The translations under genes and the position numbers were made by a program. From contig CBDCTZ010000016.1 of assembly GCA_965222375.1 (NCBI GenBank), positions 352,001-416,000 on the forward strand: a stretch of DNA of 64,000 nucleotides. Reading direction: 5' to 3'. Within the stretch, counting starts at the first letter, position 1; each line of letters begins with the position of its first letter. Positions 25,981-39,029 of this stretch are shown here, piece by piece. Source of the stretch: Polyangiaceae bacterium (GTDB lineage: Bacteria > Myxococcota_A > Polyangia > Polyangiales > Polyangiaceae). The notes under the pieces are model-generated. The model was given only the letters and a program-made list of their open reading frames with translations. It searched no databases and was not told the origin of the DNA.

Positions 25981-27288
25981 CTAGCGGGTTGGCGTTTGCG
26001 GTGGCTTGCTGACCCAAGCTAGGCCAAAAGCGCCCGGGAGGCAGCTGCTGTCTCCGATTGCGACTTCGCGCTTCTTCAGGTGGGTGCGCTGGATCTTCGG
26101 GATCTTGAGTCCGCAGATCTCGACTCGGCGCAGCGTAACGATGGACAGCAGTGGGTCGAGATCACGGACCTTGGTTTCAGCGACATCCAAGAACTGCAGA
26201 CGCTGGTGTTGCCATAGCGGCATCAGATCTGAGATGCGCGTACGGTTCACGTAGAGGTTTTCGAGCGCGCCGAGTTTCGCGACCAGTTTGAGGTCGCTGA
26301 AGTTCGTTTCGTCGAGCACCAACCACTCCAGCTTGGACAGTGCCGCGAGTGCGGAGAAGTTCGTCGCGGGCACTTTGCGTAGGCCGAGCATTTCGAGCGC
26401 GGTCAGGCCGCGCAGCGGAGTGAGATCGCTGACGCGGGTTTTGGCGAGGTTGAGACTCACCAGCCGCGACAGGCCGGCGAGGGGACCAATGTCGGAAACC
26501 TGTGTTTCGGAAAGATCCAGTTCCCGGAGTTGTGGCAGCCGCTTCAACGGGGCCAAGTCGCGCACGCCCGTGTCGTATAGGCCCAAGGACGTGAGCTGGC
26601 GCAAACCACTCAGGGGGCGGATGTCGTTGACGAAAGTGTCGCCGAGCTGAAGCCAGCGAAGCTTCTCGAGGCCGGCAAGAGGCTTCAGATCGCTGACGGG
26701 GCAGCCGTGCAGATCCAGCCACTCGAGCTTGTTCAGGGACTCCAGCGGCGAAAGCCCTTTGATTGCGACTGAACGCAGGTTGAGCCCGCGCAGCTGGGTC
26801 AGCTTGGATACAGGCGAAAGATCGATCTCCCGCGAGCCGCCGCTGTGGTGCAGCTTCAGGATCCGTAGGCTCTTGATGTGCCGCAGCGGCGCGACGTCGA
26901 GGCCCATGTTGCGGATCTCCAGGTATTCGAGCTGCGGCAGTCGCCTCAGCGGCGACAGATCGATTTCGCCGAGGCTGTCGAGGATCAGCTTCTTGAGACC
27001 CATCAAGCCGCTGAGGCGCTCGAGATCTAGATCCTTGGGCAGGTCGTCGCCCAAGTACCGAGCGCACTCCAGTTCGACTTCGGTTCCCTTCAAGACCCGA
27101 TTGCAGAACTCGACTGGGTAGCTCTGTCGCGATTGCTCGGCGGGCGGAGGTGCCGGGGCAGAGGTCACCGGCGCTGCGACCTCACCCCCGGTTGCCTTGG
27201 TCGCTGGCGCGCTAGCGGCGGGATGCGGCGGTGGCGCGCAGGCGATCGCCATGCAGCACGCGGCGACGAAAACCCAGGACGACTTCAC
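25981..27288 (-). CDS. Leucine-rich repeat (internalin-like) lipoprotein
   Basis: AIAC lipobox; 22-aa LxxLxxLxLxxTxVSDLxPL repeats. Confidence 0.92.
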   Translation of the reverse strand: MKSSWVFVAACCMAIACAPPPHPAASAPATKATGGEVAAPVTSAPAPPPAEQSRQSYPVEFCNRVLKGTEVELECARYLGDDLPKDLDLERLSGLMGLKKLILDSLGEIDLSPLRRLPQLEYLEIRNMGLDVAPLRHIKSLRILKLHHSGGSREIDLSPVSKLTQLRGLNLRSVAIKGLSPLESLNKLEWLDLHGCPVSDLKPLAGLEKLRWLQLGDTFVNDIRPLSGLRQLTSLGLYDTGVRDLAPLKRLPQLRELDLSETQVSDIGPLAGLSRLVSLNLAKTRVSDLTPLRGLTALEMLGLRKVPATNFSALAALSKLEWLVLDETNFSDLKLVAKLGALENLYVNRTRISDLMPLWQHQRLQFLDVAETKVRDLDPLLSIVTLRRVEICGLKIPKIQRTHLKKREVAIGDSSCLPGAFGLAWVSKPPQTPTR

Positions 27289-27754
27289 GGAGCGAGCCTA
27301 GCAAGACTTGCTCGCGGCTGCGGGGCTGGCGCGCGCTGAGCTTGGATTCTCGACGTCTGGGCGATGCTGGCTGGGCGAAAAAGACGAGCTTCAACTCGAA
27401 CCGGTGCGGGTGGACTGGGTGTGCCTATCGGGTAGACGCATTGCGGGCCCACGCCCTGCGAGCCCCAACAAGCTTCCGCCCGCGCCAAACTGCGAGCCCA
27501 AGCTCGCGCCCCTGCCCTCCGCGTCCGCCTCACCCCTTCAGAGTGCTGGGAGTAAGAAGCCCAGAGACGACGAAGAAGACAGCACGCCAATTTGGACCTT
27601 CCCACTCGTTGGCGCGGTTCTGGTGGCCATCGTGCTGGTGGTCGTCAAAAGTCGTGAGTATGCCAACTGGTTCTGCGCCGGGGTGGGCCACTCGCTCCAA
27701 CGCGGCCAACCGGCGTGGATTGGCATGACAGATCCGGGAGGCGGGTAGCCGTGC

Positions 27755-28759
27755 CTAGTCGTAGTAGGGGTCGAGGCGTAGCGCGCCCTTGCCCAAGGCC
27801 TGCACCCCCTCGCGGAGCTTCTCGTGTTGTCGCTTGCGCCACGCTTCGGCAGCGAGGCCGAAGACGGTTGGATCATCCAGGTCCACGTTCCAAGGCACCT
27901 GGCACAGCTGCTTCGCGCCCTCGACTTCGACCAAGCGAAGCGTGCCTCGAACCCGCCCCGGGCTGTACGTCTTGTCGGCTCGTTCCACTGGGCCGACACG
28001 CTCTTGCTCGTCGATCACGATGACGTGCTTAGGAAGCTCTCGGAGCTCGCAGGGCCCAAAAATCCGAGAGGGGGTCAAACATGCTGAGAACGGTGGGGAG
28101 CTCTTCAGTCCAGCCGGTTTCTTGCCGTCGAGCAATCTCCGGTCGAGTAGCGAGACTAAGTCTGAGGAGCGGGCCAAGGGCGGGCACTGCTTCTCGAGCT
28201 CAGTCCGAAGCGCGCGGCGCACGCGCTCGATCAGATCTCGCGCCACCCCCTCTCGCCTTGCTGCGGCTTCACGCTTGCCTTCATGCGCATCGAGCTCGCA
28301 ATCGGCAAGTTCGAAGGCGGTTCCCATGTAGCGCCACCCCGCACTGTCCTTCGCCATACACACCGGAGTGGCATGACCGCCGCCAAGCCAAGCGTTGTCC
28401 ACGTGATTCGTGCGCACGGCACCCGTGAGGCGGTAGACGGTCGCGGTCACTTTCGTGAGCTTCGCCTTGGCGCAATCCACCGCGAGATCACCCCTGCTGA
28501 GCCGAGCATGCTCGTAGACGGCGCAGACGTCTGCGGTGGCCTCTGGAGGAGATCGTCGGAGTTGATCCAGCTTGGCGCTGAGTTCCGACAGTCGCGAGTC
28601 CTTGCGCTCGTGAGTCTTGTTGACTGCGAGCAGCCCGAGACTACCGATGAGCAGCGTCATCAGCACTAGCCCGACTGCCAGCCACATCAGGCGACGGCGC
28701 CAGGGTGAAGGCTGCGAGTGAGCCGCGTTACCGGCACTGTTGGGCGTCAGGCTCGTCAT
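27755..28759 (-). CDS. Hypothetical membrane-anchored protein
   Basis: N-terminal transmembrane helix, 334-aa ORF. Confidence 0.65.
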   Translation of the reverse strand: MTSLTPNSAGNAAHSQPSPWRRRLMWLAVGLVLMTLLIGSLGLLAVNKTHERKDSRLSELSAKLDQLRRSPPEATADVCAVYEHARLSRGDLAVDCAKAKLTKVTATVYRLTGAVRTNHVDNAWLGGGHATPVCMAKDSAGWRYMGTAFELADCELDAHEGKREAAARREGVARDLIERVRRALRTELEKQCPPLARSSDLVSLLDRRLLDGKKPAGLKSSPPFSACLTPSRIFGPCELRELPKHVIVIDEQERVGPVERADKTYSPGRVRGTLRLVEVEGAKQLCQVPWNVDLDDPTVFGLAAEAWRKRQHEKLREGVQALGKGALRLDPYYD

Positions 28760-28922
28760 TGGGATCGCCTCCCTCGCTGGCTGGGTTGCGGGTTCGTCAT
28801 CGGACTCGTTGCCATCGCCCGTTGGGGTGTCAGGCTCGTCATCGCCCTCGCCGCACGGGTAGTGGGCTTGTCATGAACCTGTTTCCCCCGGTTTCCGGGC
28901 GGACGCCTGCTCGTGAGAATGC

Positions 28923-29315
28923 TCAATAGCTCTCGCTTTGCGGCAGGCCATCGTTGATGTCGTAGTAGTCACCCTTGTCGCCCACGAAAGTGTGCTTGGA
29001 GAGGCGAACGCCGGTGGGACAGTCGAACAGGCCCATGGCGACGGCGGTGAACTCGTAGCCCTCCCGGTTTGGCTTCCAGAACAGGGGCGAGCCGCAGGTA
29101 CCGCAGAAACCGCGCCGGACCTGCTCCGAGGATTGAAACCACGTCACGTTGTCCCCACCGTGAATCGTCAGGGCACCGCGCCGCACGTTCGCGGCGGCGA
29201 AGAAATGACTGGACGACTTTCGACACTGCGTACAGTGGCAGGCCTCCGGTTGATGCTCGAGCGCTCCCGCTACTTCGATGCGCACTGCGCCGCATAGGCA
29301 CTTTCCCTTCAACAT
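28923..29315 (-). CDS. GFA family (CENP-V/GFA) protein
   Basis: GKCLCGAV, CHCTQCRK, RGFCGTCGSPLFW; GGAGGAGG SD. Confidence 0.92.
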   Translation of the reverse strand: MLKGKCLCGAVRIEVAGALEHQPEACHCTQCRKSSSHFFAAANVRRGALTIHGGDNVTWFQSSEQVRRGFCGTCGSPLFWKPNREGYEFTAVAMGLFDCPTGVRLSKHTFVGDKGDYYDINDGLPQSESY

Positions 29316-29545
29316 CTCGAGCCCTCCTCCGCATGCGTCTCGAGTCAACTAGCCGAAGGCGCTCCAGGGTGCCAGTTACCACCGATTACTTGGCTGAGCG
29401 CGGTTCAACGCCAGGGTTGTCGGGGACTTGGGGGGTCGCGGAACAGGTGCGGCCCTGCTTTCCGTTCAGGTTGCCACGACCCCTAGCCGAGGGCACAATA
29501 TGGTTAGTGTAGAGTGATTGGTGTCCCTTGCCCAAAGGTCAAAGA

Positions 29546-31075
29546 ATGACGTCGTGTTCTAGTCTGCGGTTCCCTACAGTTCTTGTCTTGGGCCTCTGCG
29601 CGGCCTCTGCTTGCGGCGAAGGTGATGACGGCGGAGCCTCTGGCACCGGAGGTGTCGGCAACACGGCGGGCACGGGTGGAACTCAAGCCACTGGGGGTAG
29701 TGGTGTGGGTGGGAGCGGCGCGACCGGAGGAAATGCGGCCAGTAGCGGTGCGGGTGGGAGCGGCGCGACCGGAGGAAATGCGGCCAGTAGCGGTGCGGGT
29801 GGCAGCAACGTCGACGGCGGCGGTGGGCTCCCTTCGGACGCAGGAGATGGAGGCCCGAGCAAGGACATCGCCGCTATATCCGGTTCGGGAAAACCATCGT
29901 TGGGGCCGCTCGATGCCGGGGCATACAAGGAGGAACACGATCTTGCCTACGTCTTCACCAGCGGATCGAATTTTTATATTCGTGCTGGCTGCAAAGCGTG
30001 GAGCTCGCCAATCGTCGGCGGCGCACTGCTCTTCGATGGCGCGGGCAGCTACAAGAAGATGATCCACACCTGCCGCGCCCACAACATGCTCGGCATCAAA
30101 ACCCCCGGGCAGAATTTCAGTCCCAATTGGCACAATCAGTATCACATCGCCGTTTTCCCTGGGCCTGGGGGAATCATCACCAACCACACCAGGTTCAAGT
30201 GGGACAACGAGAACCACGCCGTGCCTGCCGTCAAGAACCCTGCTGGGTCGGGCGGTGTCGAGATGACACGCGTGTTCTACGACTACCAGGGCAAGCCTCG
30301 AAGCGCGCAGAGCTACTCTTGGGATGCCGCTGGCGGGATGTTCCCTCTCTGGAACGACGAAAAGGCGGCCCAGACGGTCTTCATCGATGCTCGTCGGGGC
30401 ACTCTCGGTCCGATGGACCTCCGGCTAGACACGAGCGATGTCGAGCTTTGGACCGCAACTGCCTCGAAGGTGAGCAAGCACTCCCTCAAGGCTTTCGTAG
30501 CTCAGTATCAAGCTCTCAGCATTTCAGGCATACCTGCACTTTGCGTTGGCGGTCGAGATCTCATCTTGGGACCGCGATTTAACGCAACGGATGTGCATTG
30601 GGCTCGCTGGGACTCCACAACCAGCTCGCTTTCTGCGCTGAAGAAGCTGCCCCTTGCCTCGAAAGCCAGGATCGACAGCTGCCACGGGGACGAGAATGGC
30701 ATCTTTGTCGTCTGGCGTGACGAGCTCGACAAACGTCGGCTGCACTATTGGCGTTCGGCCACCAGCGGACTTTCCGTCGAGCCTATCAAACACTTCGATC
30801 CCAGCACGTTACCAGCGATGACAGCCTTTCAGAAACCGCTCATCTATTCCAAGGTCACGCCATCGGGTCATTTCTTCGTCGTGGGTGACCGCATCTGGAT
30901 CGACTTGCAACAGCCTCAGCAACACACAGCGCTCAAGGTGGAGCCCGCGGTCAAGCTTCTCGACTCCCTGGCCCCCTATAAGCCTTTGGCCATTTCAAAC
31001 CAACTCGGGATGCTGGGGATCTACAAGACCCTCAAAGGCCCTGAGGTTCGTTACCACACGATCACATTGAACTAA
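29546..31075 (+). CDS. Hypothetical lipoprotein with Gly-rich linker
   Basis: ASAC lipobox, GGSGATGGNAASSGA repeats; start codon uncertain. Confidence 0.7.
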   Translation: MTSCSSLRFPTVLVLGLCAASACGEGDDGGASGTGGVGNTAGTGGTQATGGSGVGGSGATGGNAASSGAGGSGATGGNAASSGAGGSNVDGGGGLPSDAGDGGPSKDIAAISGSGKPSLGPLDAGAYKEEHDLAYVFTSGSNFYIRAGCKAWSSPIVGGALLFDGAGSYKKMIHTCRAHNMLGIKTPGQNFSPNWHNQYHIAVFPGPGGIITNHTRFKWDNENHAVPAVKNPAGSGGVEMTRVFYDYQGKPRSAQSYSWDAAGGMFPLWNDEKAAQTVFIDARRGTLGPMDLRLDTSDVELWTATASKVSKHSLKAFVAQYQALSISGIPALCVGGRDLILGPRFNATDVHWARWDSTTSSLSALKKLPLASKARIDSCHGDENGIFVVWRDELDKRRLHYWRSATSGLSVEPIKHFDPSTLPAMTAFQKPLIYSKVTPSGHFFVVGDRIWIDLQQPQQHTALKVEPAVKLLDSLAPYKPLAISNQLGMLGIYKTLKGPEVRYHTITLN

Positions 31076-31092
31076 CGGATGAGGATCTTTGG

Positions 31093-32085
31093 ATGAACTC
31101 TCGAGTTTGCTGCCTGCTCTTGACGGTTGTAGCTCTGTCATGCGGATCCGACGAGGACCCAGAAGGTGCTCCTGCTGGCGGGGCAGGCGGAACGGCGGGG
31201 GGCTCCGCAGGAGCGGCGGCCGGTGGCTCGGCGGGCGCAGCAGCCGGTGGCTCGGGGGGCGCAAGCGGAGGCGGGAGTTCGGGAGCCAGCGGAAGCGCTG
31301 GCTCGACGAGCGGTGGCTCAGCTGGTGCAAGCGGCTCGGCGGGCGCGAGCGGTAGTGCCGGCGCGGGAACAGGCGGCTCCTCTGCCTTCGACTATTTGAG
31401 CGATCTCAATTGGACCAAGACTCAGGGCATCAAGTCCGGCTTGGGTCCGCTGAAGGACGTCTCGGGTTACAACCCTCACATTCCACCTCCCAACATTGGC
31501 TTCGCTCCCATCTCGATAGATGGCGTGGTCTACCCAAAGGGCGTTGTGTGGTTTTCGAGTTGGGGCTCTTCGTTTGTCGAATGGTCCCTAGATGGCAAGT
31601 ACAAGAGCCTCACCATGAAGGTTCGAATCGACGACTATCGGCGGGGTAAGGTCGTCGACTCTGAATGGGCTTGTGCGAACTTTGCAACGGGAGAGTTCCT
31701 CTTCCTCTGCCGGCCTCCAAGCTATAAGACCGCCAAGGAGACGAAGTGTCCGACACCGGGGAGCTGCTCGATTGTCTGCCAGAACAACAACCCCAAGGAG
31801 CCGACCTGCAAGTTTGACAACTTGAAGATCGGTGCGGGTGGCAATGTCGTGATCAGTGGTGATGGCAAGACGTTGCACATGACCAAGGAGTTCTATGCCT
31901 ATGGTTCTGCTGCGGACGTCAACGTCGATGTCACCAACGTCCAAACGTTGCGCGTGCGGTTCAATGCTCGCCACACTGAGCAGCTCAACGCGCCGTATCG
32001 GTCGGGCCTCCCTGCTGCGGTGTCAATGAAGCAAGTTGGGTGGTTCGACTTGCTCGACCTTGCCGACGCTAAACTGCACTACTGA
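31093..32085 (+). CDS. Lipoprotein with NPCBM/NEW2-like carbohydrate-binding domain
   Basis: ALSC lipobox; [12 protein letters not shown]...SLDGKYKSL...IDD...GDGK...[10 protein letters not shown]...ADAKL. Confidence 0.7.
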   Translation: MNSRVCCLLLTVVALSCGSDEDPEGAPAGGAGGTAGGSAGAAAGGSAGAAAGGSGGASGGGSSGASGSAGSTSGGSAGASGSAGASGSAGAGTGGSSAFDYLSDLNWTKTQGIKSGLGPLKDVSGYNPHIPPPNIGFAPISIDGVVYPKGVVWFSSWGSSFVEWSLDGKYKSLTMKVRIDDYRRGKVVDSEWACANFATGEFLFLCRPPSYKTAKETKCPTPGSCSIVCQNNNPKEPTCKFDNLKIGAGGNVVISGDGKTLHMTKEFYAYGSAADVNVDVTNVQTLRVRFNARHTEQLNAPYRSGLPAAVSMKQVGWFDLLDLADAKLHY

Positions 32086-32151
32086 CGCGTGCCATCCGGT
32101 CGACAGAGCGGAAGCTCGTGTCCGGCGAGTCGGCGTTCGGTGGTTTGCGAA

Positions 32152-34275
<2,124 letters not shown>

Positions 34276-34377
34276 GCTGCTATCGCAACAGCATGATTAC
34301 TGCTGCGGGCACCGCATGCCGCACTGCGGCACGACGGGCGACCCGTATAGCCCACGACGGGGCATAGCGGAAGCCAA

Positions 34378-35604
34378 ATGGGCAGGGTAAAAGGCAGGAA
34401 GCCCGTGCCTCTGGCCCTGCTAAAAAACTCAATCCAAACGTATGCTTGGGGCTCTCACTCCGTGCTGGCGGAGCTGCAGGGACGGCCTGCGCCCAGCGCG
34501 CAGCCCGAGGCAGAGCTTTGGATGGGGGCCCATCCGTCTGCGCCGTCCCGGCTGGAATTGCCGTCCGGAGAGCGAGCGCTCGATCGGGCCATCGCCGAGG
34601 CACCGCTAGAAGCGCTGGGCGAAGAGGTGGCCGAGGAGTTCGATGGGCGGCTGCCCTTCTTGCTCAAGGTGCTCGCGGCAGCCGAGCCGCTTTCGCTGCA
34701 GGCGCACCCCAGCCGCGCGCTGGCCTATGCGGGGTTCGCTGCCGAGGAACGAGCGGGCGTGCCGCGGGATGCGCCGAATCGCAACTACCGCGACGACAAC
34801 CACAAGCCCGAGCTGCTGTGCGCGCTGACGCCCTTCGACGCCTTGTGTGGCTTCCGGCAGCTCGCGGCGACGCAGCTGTTGTTGAAACAGCTGGGCGTGC
34901 CGGAGTTGGACGCATTCGCGGCTCGCCTCGTCGATGTGCCCGGGCTGCGCGGTGTGTTCGAAGAGCTGTATGCACTCTCCGCAGACGCCGCGGCGGATTT
35001 GGAACGTCGCGTCAGCGCCGCCTGCCGTGCGCATCGCGAACACACGCTGTTCGGAAGCTCTTACGGCTGGGCTTGCCGCCTTTCGGACAAATACGCTGGC
35101 GACATCGGCGTCGTCACGTCCCTCTTGCTCAATCTGATCCAGTTGAAACCCGGTCAGGCGCTGTATCTGCCTGCTGGCAACCTGCACGCCTACTTGGAGG
35201 GCGCAGGCATCGAGATCATGGCGAGTAGCGACAACGTGCTGCGCGGTGGCTTGACCGTCAAACACGTAGACGTGCCCGAACTGATGCGGGTGCTCGACTT
35301 TTCGCCGATCGACCCCCAGCCCGTGAGTGTGCGGGCGCCGGAGCTGGCTCGACAGCAGTACGTGACCGAAGCGCGAGAATTCTGTTTGGAAAGGGTTTCG
35401 CTCGAAGACGAGCTCATGCTGTCGCGTTCGCGCCCCGGTCCCGAAATATGGCTGTGCCACTCGGGCAGCGCGACCATCAGCGTTGGCCGCGAAACCCTTG
35501 CACTGACTCGGGGTGGTTCCTGCTTCATCCCGGCAACGTCTGCACAATTGGCGCTGCGCGGAAATGCAGTGCTCTTTCGAGCGTTGGTTGGCGCTTTGGC
35601 CTGA
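34378..35604 (+). CDS. manA: Mannose-6-phosphate isomerase, class I
   Basis: YAWGS, AELWMGAHP, LSLQAHP, YRDDNHKPE, EIMASSDNVLRGGLT. Confidence 0.95.
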   Translation: MGRVKGRKPVPLALLKNSIQTYAWGSHSVLAELQGRPAPSAQPEAELWMGAHPSAPSRLELPSGERALDRAIAEAPLEALGEEVAEEFDGRLPFLLKVLAAAEPLSLQAHPSRALAYAGFAAEERAGVPRDAPNRNYRDDNHKPELLCALTPFDALCGFRQLAATQLLLKQLGVPELDAFAARLVDVPGLRGVFEELYALSADAAADLERRVSAACRAHREHTLFGSSYGWACRLSDKYAGDIGVVTSLLLNLIQLKPGQALYLPAGNLHAYLEGAGIEIMASSDNVLRGGLTVKHVDVPELMRVLDFSPIDPQPVSVRAPELARQQYVTEAREFCLERVSLEDELMLSRSRPGPEIWLCHSGSATISVGRETLALTRGGSCFIPATSAQLALRGNAVLFRALVGALA

Positions 35605-35643
35605 CGAATCGAAGGTGTACGCTCGGCGCTTCCAACCCGGGAG

Positions 35644-36888
35644 ATGGCCATGAGCATGAGCGCGACGGAGCAGACCAACCACTTTCTGCAACAGGCCTTC
35701 GAGCTGCTGAATTTGTCGCCTCGCTACAAGACGCTGCTCATCACGCCGTCCCGCGAACTGCGGGTCGAGATCGCCATCGAATTGGACAACGGCGAAATCG
35801 GTAACTTCATCGGTTACCGCATTCAGCACGACAACTCCCGCGGGCCCTACAAGGGCGGCTTGCGCTACCACCCGGATGTCGACTTGGACGAGGTGCGATC
35901 TCTGGCCAGCTTGATGACTTGGAAGACGGCGGTCGTGGGTGTGCCCTTTGGAGGGGCGAAGGGTGGTATCCAAGTCGATCCCAGCAAACTGAGCCGACGC
36001 GAAGTCGAGGGTTTGACCCGTCGCTTCGTCGACCAGATCGGCGATCTGGTCGGCCCCAACGAAGACATTCCCGCCCCCGACATGAACACCAACGCCCGAG
36101 TGATGGCGTGGATCTTCGACGAGTACAGCAAGCGCTTCGGATACGCACCCGGCGTAGTCACCGGAAAGCCCGTGGAGCTGCACGGAAGTTACGGCCGCGA
36201 TGCCGCCACCGGACGCGGCTGCTTGTTCGCCATTCGCGAGGTGCTCCATGCCGACGACAAGAAGCTGGAGGGCACTCGCATGGTGGTGCAGGGCTTCGGC
36301 AACGTGGGCAGCTGGTTTTCGCGGCTGGCCCATGAACAAGGCTCCCGCATCGTCGCCACCAGCGACATCAAGGGCGGCATCTTCAACGGCGATGGCTTGG
36401 ACATCCCCAGGTTGATGGAGCACGTCAAAGAGACCGGCAGCGTGGTCGGCTTCCCGGGATCCAAGCCTGTTTCCAATGAAGACCTGCTGATCGCGGACTG
36501 CGACGTGCTGGTCCCGGCGGCCCTGGGCCACGTCATCAACTCCGAGAACGCTCGCGACATCAAAGCCAAGTACGTCTTGGAGGGTGCCAATGGCCCGACC
36601 ACCGCGGAAGCCGACGAGATCCTCGACAAGCGCGGCATCATGTCCGTGCCGGACATTTACGCCAATGCTGGCGGCGTGACCGTGTCCTACTTCGAGTGGA
36701 CCCAGAACACGCAGCAGTTTCGTTGGACCGAGAAGCAGGTGAACGAAGCCCTGGAGGACCACATGGTCCGTGCCCACAAGTCCCTCGCCAAGACCATGGA
36801 CGAGCACAAGTGCTCCATGCGCAAAGCGGCCTTCGCGCTCGCCATTTTGCGCGTCAAAGAAGCGACGGATCTCCGCGGACTTGGATGA
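35644..36888 (+). CDS. gdhA: Glu/Leu/Phe/Val dehydrogenase (glutamate dehydrogenase-like)
   Basis: RGPYKGGLRYHP, GGAKGG, PAPD, QGFGNVG, EGANGP, NAGGVTVSYFEW. Confidence 0.93.
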   Translation: MAMSMSATEQTNHFLQQAFELLNLSPRYKTLLITPSRELRVEIAIELDNGEIGNFIGYRIQHDNSRGPYKGGLRYHPDVDLDEVRSLASLMTWKTAVVGVPFGGAKGGIQVDPSKLSRREVEGLTRRFVDQIGDLVGPNEDIPAPDMNTNARVMAWIFDEYSKRFGYAPGVVTGKPVELHGSYGRDAATGRGCLFAIREVLHADDKKLEGTRMVVQGFGNVGSWFSRLAHEQGSRIVATSDIKGGIFNGDGLDIPRLMEHVKETGSVVGFPGSKPVSNEDLLIADCDVLVPAALGHVINSENARDIKAKYVLEGANGPTTAEADEILDKRGIMSVPDIYANAGGVTVSYFEWTQNTQQFRWTEKQVNEALEDHMVRAHKSLAKTMDEHKCSMRKAAFALAILRVKEATDLRGLG

Positions 36889-37943
36889 GAGCGGTCGCGC
36901 CGCTGCTCGCACTTGCTCTGCTCGCATGCGAGCGCAGCCACGCCACGCCCCTGGGCGCAGAGCGTCCTGCACCCGCTTCGTCGACAACCCGGGTCGGGCG
37001 CTCGGTTTCGCTGCCGGCGACGCGCAACGAGCCGAACTCCGGGCGCTCGGTTTCGCTGCCGGCGACGCGCAACGAGCCGAACTCCGGGCGCTCGGTTTCG
37101 TCCACGGCGACGCGGGACAATGCGAAGTCCTGGCGCGCGGGCGGCAAGTCGCCCCTCGGGCCCGAGCTCGAGGCGCGTTACGCCTGGCTCAAGGGCGCGA
37201 AGGGCGTTCCCGAAGTCGTCGACACCCTACCCCAGCGCTTTCCTGCCCCCGTTGGCTACAAGCGCATCCGCCACGAGCCCAATAGCTTTGCCGCGTTCCT
37301 GCGGGATTTACCCCTCGCGCCCGCCGATACACCGGTGACCAGCTACAAGGGCCGCGTGATTGTCCCCGTGGGCGACCCTCGCGTGGCGGGCGTGGTGGCC
37401 CTCGATATCGGCAAAGCCGACTTGCAACAATGCGCAGACGCCGTGATGCGCCTGCACGGCGAGTGGCAATGGTCCCAAGGCGGCCGCAACATGAGCTACC
37501 GCGCGGCGGCAGGGCCCTCGATCTCGTACCATCGCTACGCCCGCGGCGACCGCCTGGTCGCCAAGGGTGCGTCGCTCTCCTGGCGCACGGGCGGCCAGCC
37601 TTCGAGCGACTACGCCGGCTTCCGTCGTTACGTGGACAGCGTGTTCGCTTGGGCCAACACCGTCAGCTTAGAAAAGCAAGCCAAGCCGGTCAGCCACGAC
37701 GAGCTGGCGCCCGGCGACTTCTTCATCCTGCCCGGCAACCCTGGCCACACCGTGCTGATCCTGGACGTCGCCACCAAAGGCGAAAAGAAGCTCGCCCTCT
37801 TGGGACAAAGCTTCATGCCGGCACAGAGTTTTCAAATCCTGCGCCCACGAGAAGGCGAAGTCTGGTTCGAACTCGATCCCGACAGCGACGTCGACACGCC
37901 GTTCTGGCGCCCATTTCCGTGGACGAGCTTGCGGCGGCTTTGA
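36885..37943 (+). CDS. DUF4846-like lipoprotein; N-terminal 45-bp tandem repeat (GRSVSLPATRNEPNS)
   Basis: LLAC lipobox; DLQQCADAVMRL, ANTVSL, PGD..PGH, QSFMPAQ; ATGA overlap with the dehydrogenase gene. Confidence 0.8.
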   Translation: MRAVAPLLALALLACERSHATPLGAERPAPASSTTRVGRSVSLPATRNEPNSGRSVSLPATRNEPNSGRSVSSTATRDNAKSWRAGGKSPLGPELEARYAWLKGAKGVPEVVDTLPQRFPAPVGYKRIRHEPNSFAAFLRDLPLAPADTPVTSYKGRVIVPVGDPRVAGVVALDIGKADLQQCADAVMRLHGEWQWSQGGRNMSYRAAAGPSISYHRYARGDRLVAKGASLSWRTGGQPSSDYAGFRRYVDSVFAWANTVSLEKQAKPVSHDELAPGDFFILPGNPGHTVLILDVATKGEKKLALLGQSFMPAQSFQILRPREGEVWFELDPDSDVDTPFWRPFPWTSLRRL

Positions 37944-38300
37944 GCCGCGTCGACTGGTGGCTTCGCGAGTCCAAATCAGAGTTGTCCTTGCAACTCTGGA
38001 ATCAGGGTGTCGAAGCGCGCCTCGCCGTTTGTTTGTTTGGTTGGTTGGGGTCGCATCGCTGGGGCGGCGATGGAGCACGACTCTCGCGCTTTCTCAGGGA
38101 GTGCGTTGGGAGCGAGCCTGGGAGGCCCAGATCGAAGCCGCGTGAGGCACGCAGTACACATTTCGCACGTGACCCATGAGGTCCGGCGCTTTGGGCGCCG
38201 CGAGCTTCGCACAAACAGCTCACGTGCCCCAACTCGTTGGCGCCGCGTCCGCTCCTCAGCAGCGACCCGCCCAAGAAGATGGTCCGCGTGCCGTGGCTCA

Positions 38301-38391
38301 ATCCAGAGTTGCGGTTGCAACACTGGATCCATGTTGGTGCAGGAGCCCTCGGTGCCGGCTATTCAGAGTTGCAGCTGCAACACTGGATCCA
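38301..38391. repeat. Two 30-bp palindromic repeats AT(C/T)CAGAGTTGC-N4-GCAACACTGGATCC separated by about 30 bp
   Basis: Copies at 38301 and 38361; related copies at about 37975 and 54877-55118. Confidence 0.8.
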
Positions 38392-38419
38392 AGTCGAGTG
38401 AGGGGCGCCTCAACTCTCG

Positions 38420-39016
38420 CTACTGCTTACACGCGGATGCGCCAGCGTCTGGTTTGGCTTGTTTCATGGCGGCGGTGGCTAGCTCTTCAATGCGGGAGCG
38501 GCAGGCTGGGTCCAATGTGAAAAAGTAGCCGACATCGGGTTCGTAGACGCTGCCGCTCGCCGAGGTGCAGCCGCTGAAGAACATGAGAGACCCGAGGTCC
38601 TGGGGTTTGAACGAGGCTTCCGCTCCTTGGGTTAGCAGAAACGTATCCTGAGGGGCGCCGCCAAACTGGCGCAGGATGCGCACTTTGTACTTGATGTGCA
38701 CATAGCCCTTGGTGGGAGCGGGCGTTTTGCCGTCGGTGCCAGTCACCGACGCTTCGACAATCTCGCCGAGGCCGCTCACTTGGGTGGTGGCTGCGTTACC
38801 CGCGATCAGATCCCCTGGGGGTAAGCCTCCCTCGCAGGGTGGCTCGGCTCGGGGCGGCACCTCAGCGCTGGCCGCCGCGGGCGGAGCGTTGTCCGTGGGC
38901 TCCGCTTCGCCAACCGTGAGCGCGGGTGGCGGCGCTGCGCGCTGCGCGTCGCGGGTGCACGCGCCAGCTGCGCCCAACGCAGCACACACCGCTATCACCC
39001 ACGCCGAGCGTCGCAC
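38420..39016 (-). CDS. Hypothetical lipoprotein
   Basis: AGAC lipobox, Pro/Ala linker. Confidence 0.7.
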   Translation of the reverse strand: MRRSAWVIAVCAALGAAGACTRDAQRAAPPPALTVGEAEPTDNAPPAAASAEVPPRAEPPCEGGLPPGDLIAGNAATTQVSGLGEIVEASVTGTDGKTPAPTKGYVHIKYKVRILRQFGGAPQDTFLLTQGAEASFKPQDLGSLMFFSGCTSASGSVYEPDVGYFFTLDPACRSRIEELATAAMKQAKPDAGASACKQ

Positions 39017-39029
39017 GACGCAATCCTAC

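Noticed and set aside
28746..28875. Short repeats GTCAGGCTCGTCAT and variants near a gene start
   Set aside because: Too short and irregular to support a function
38301..38391. Mini-CRISPR (30-bp repeat, 30-bp spacer)
   Set aside because: Only two imperfect copies, no leader or cas genes, and the same motif occurs in a tandem context elsewhere
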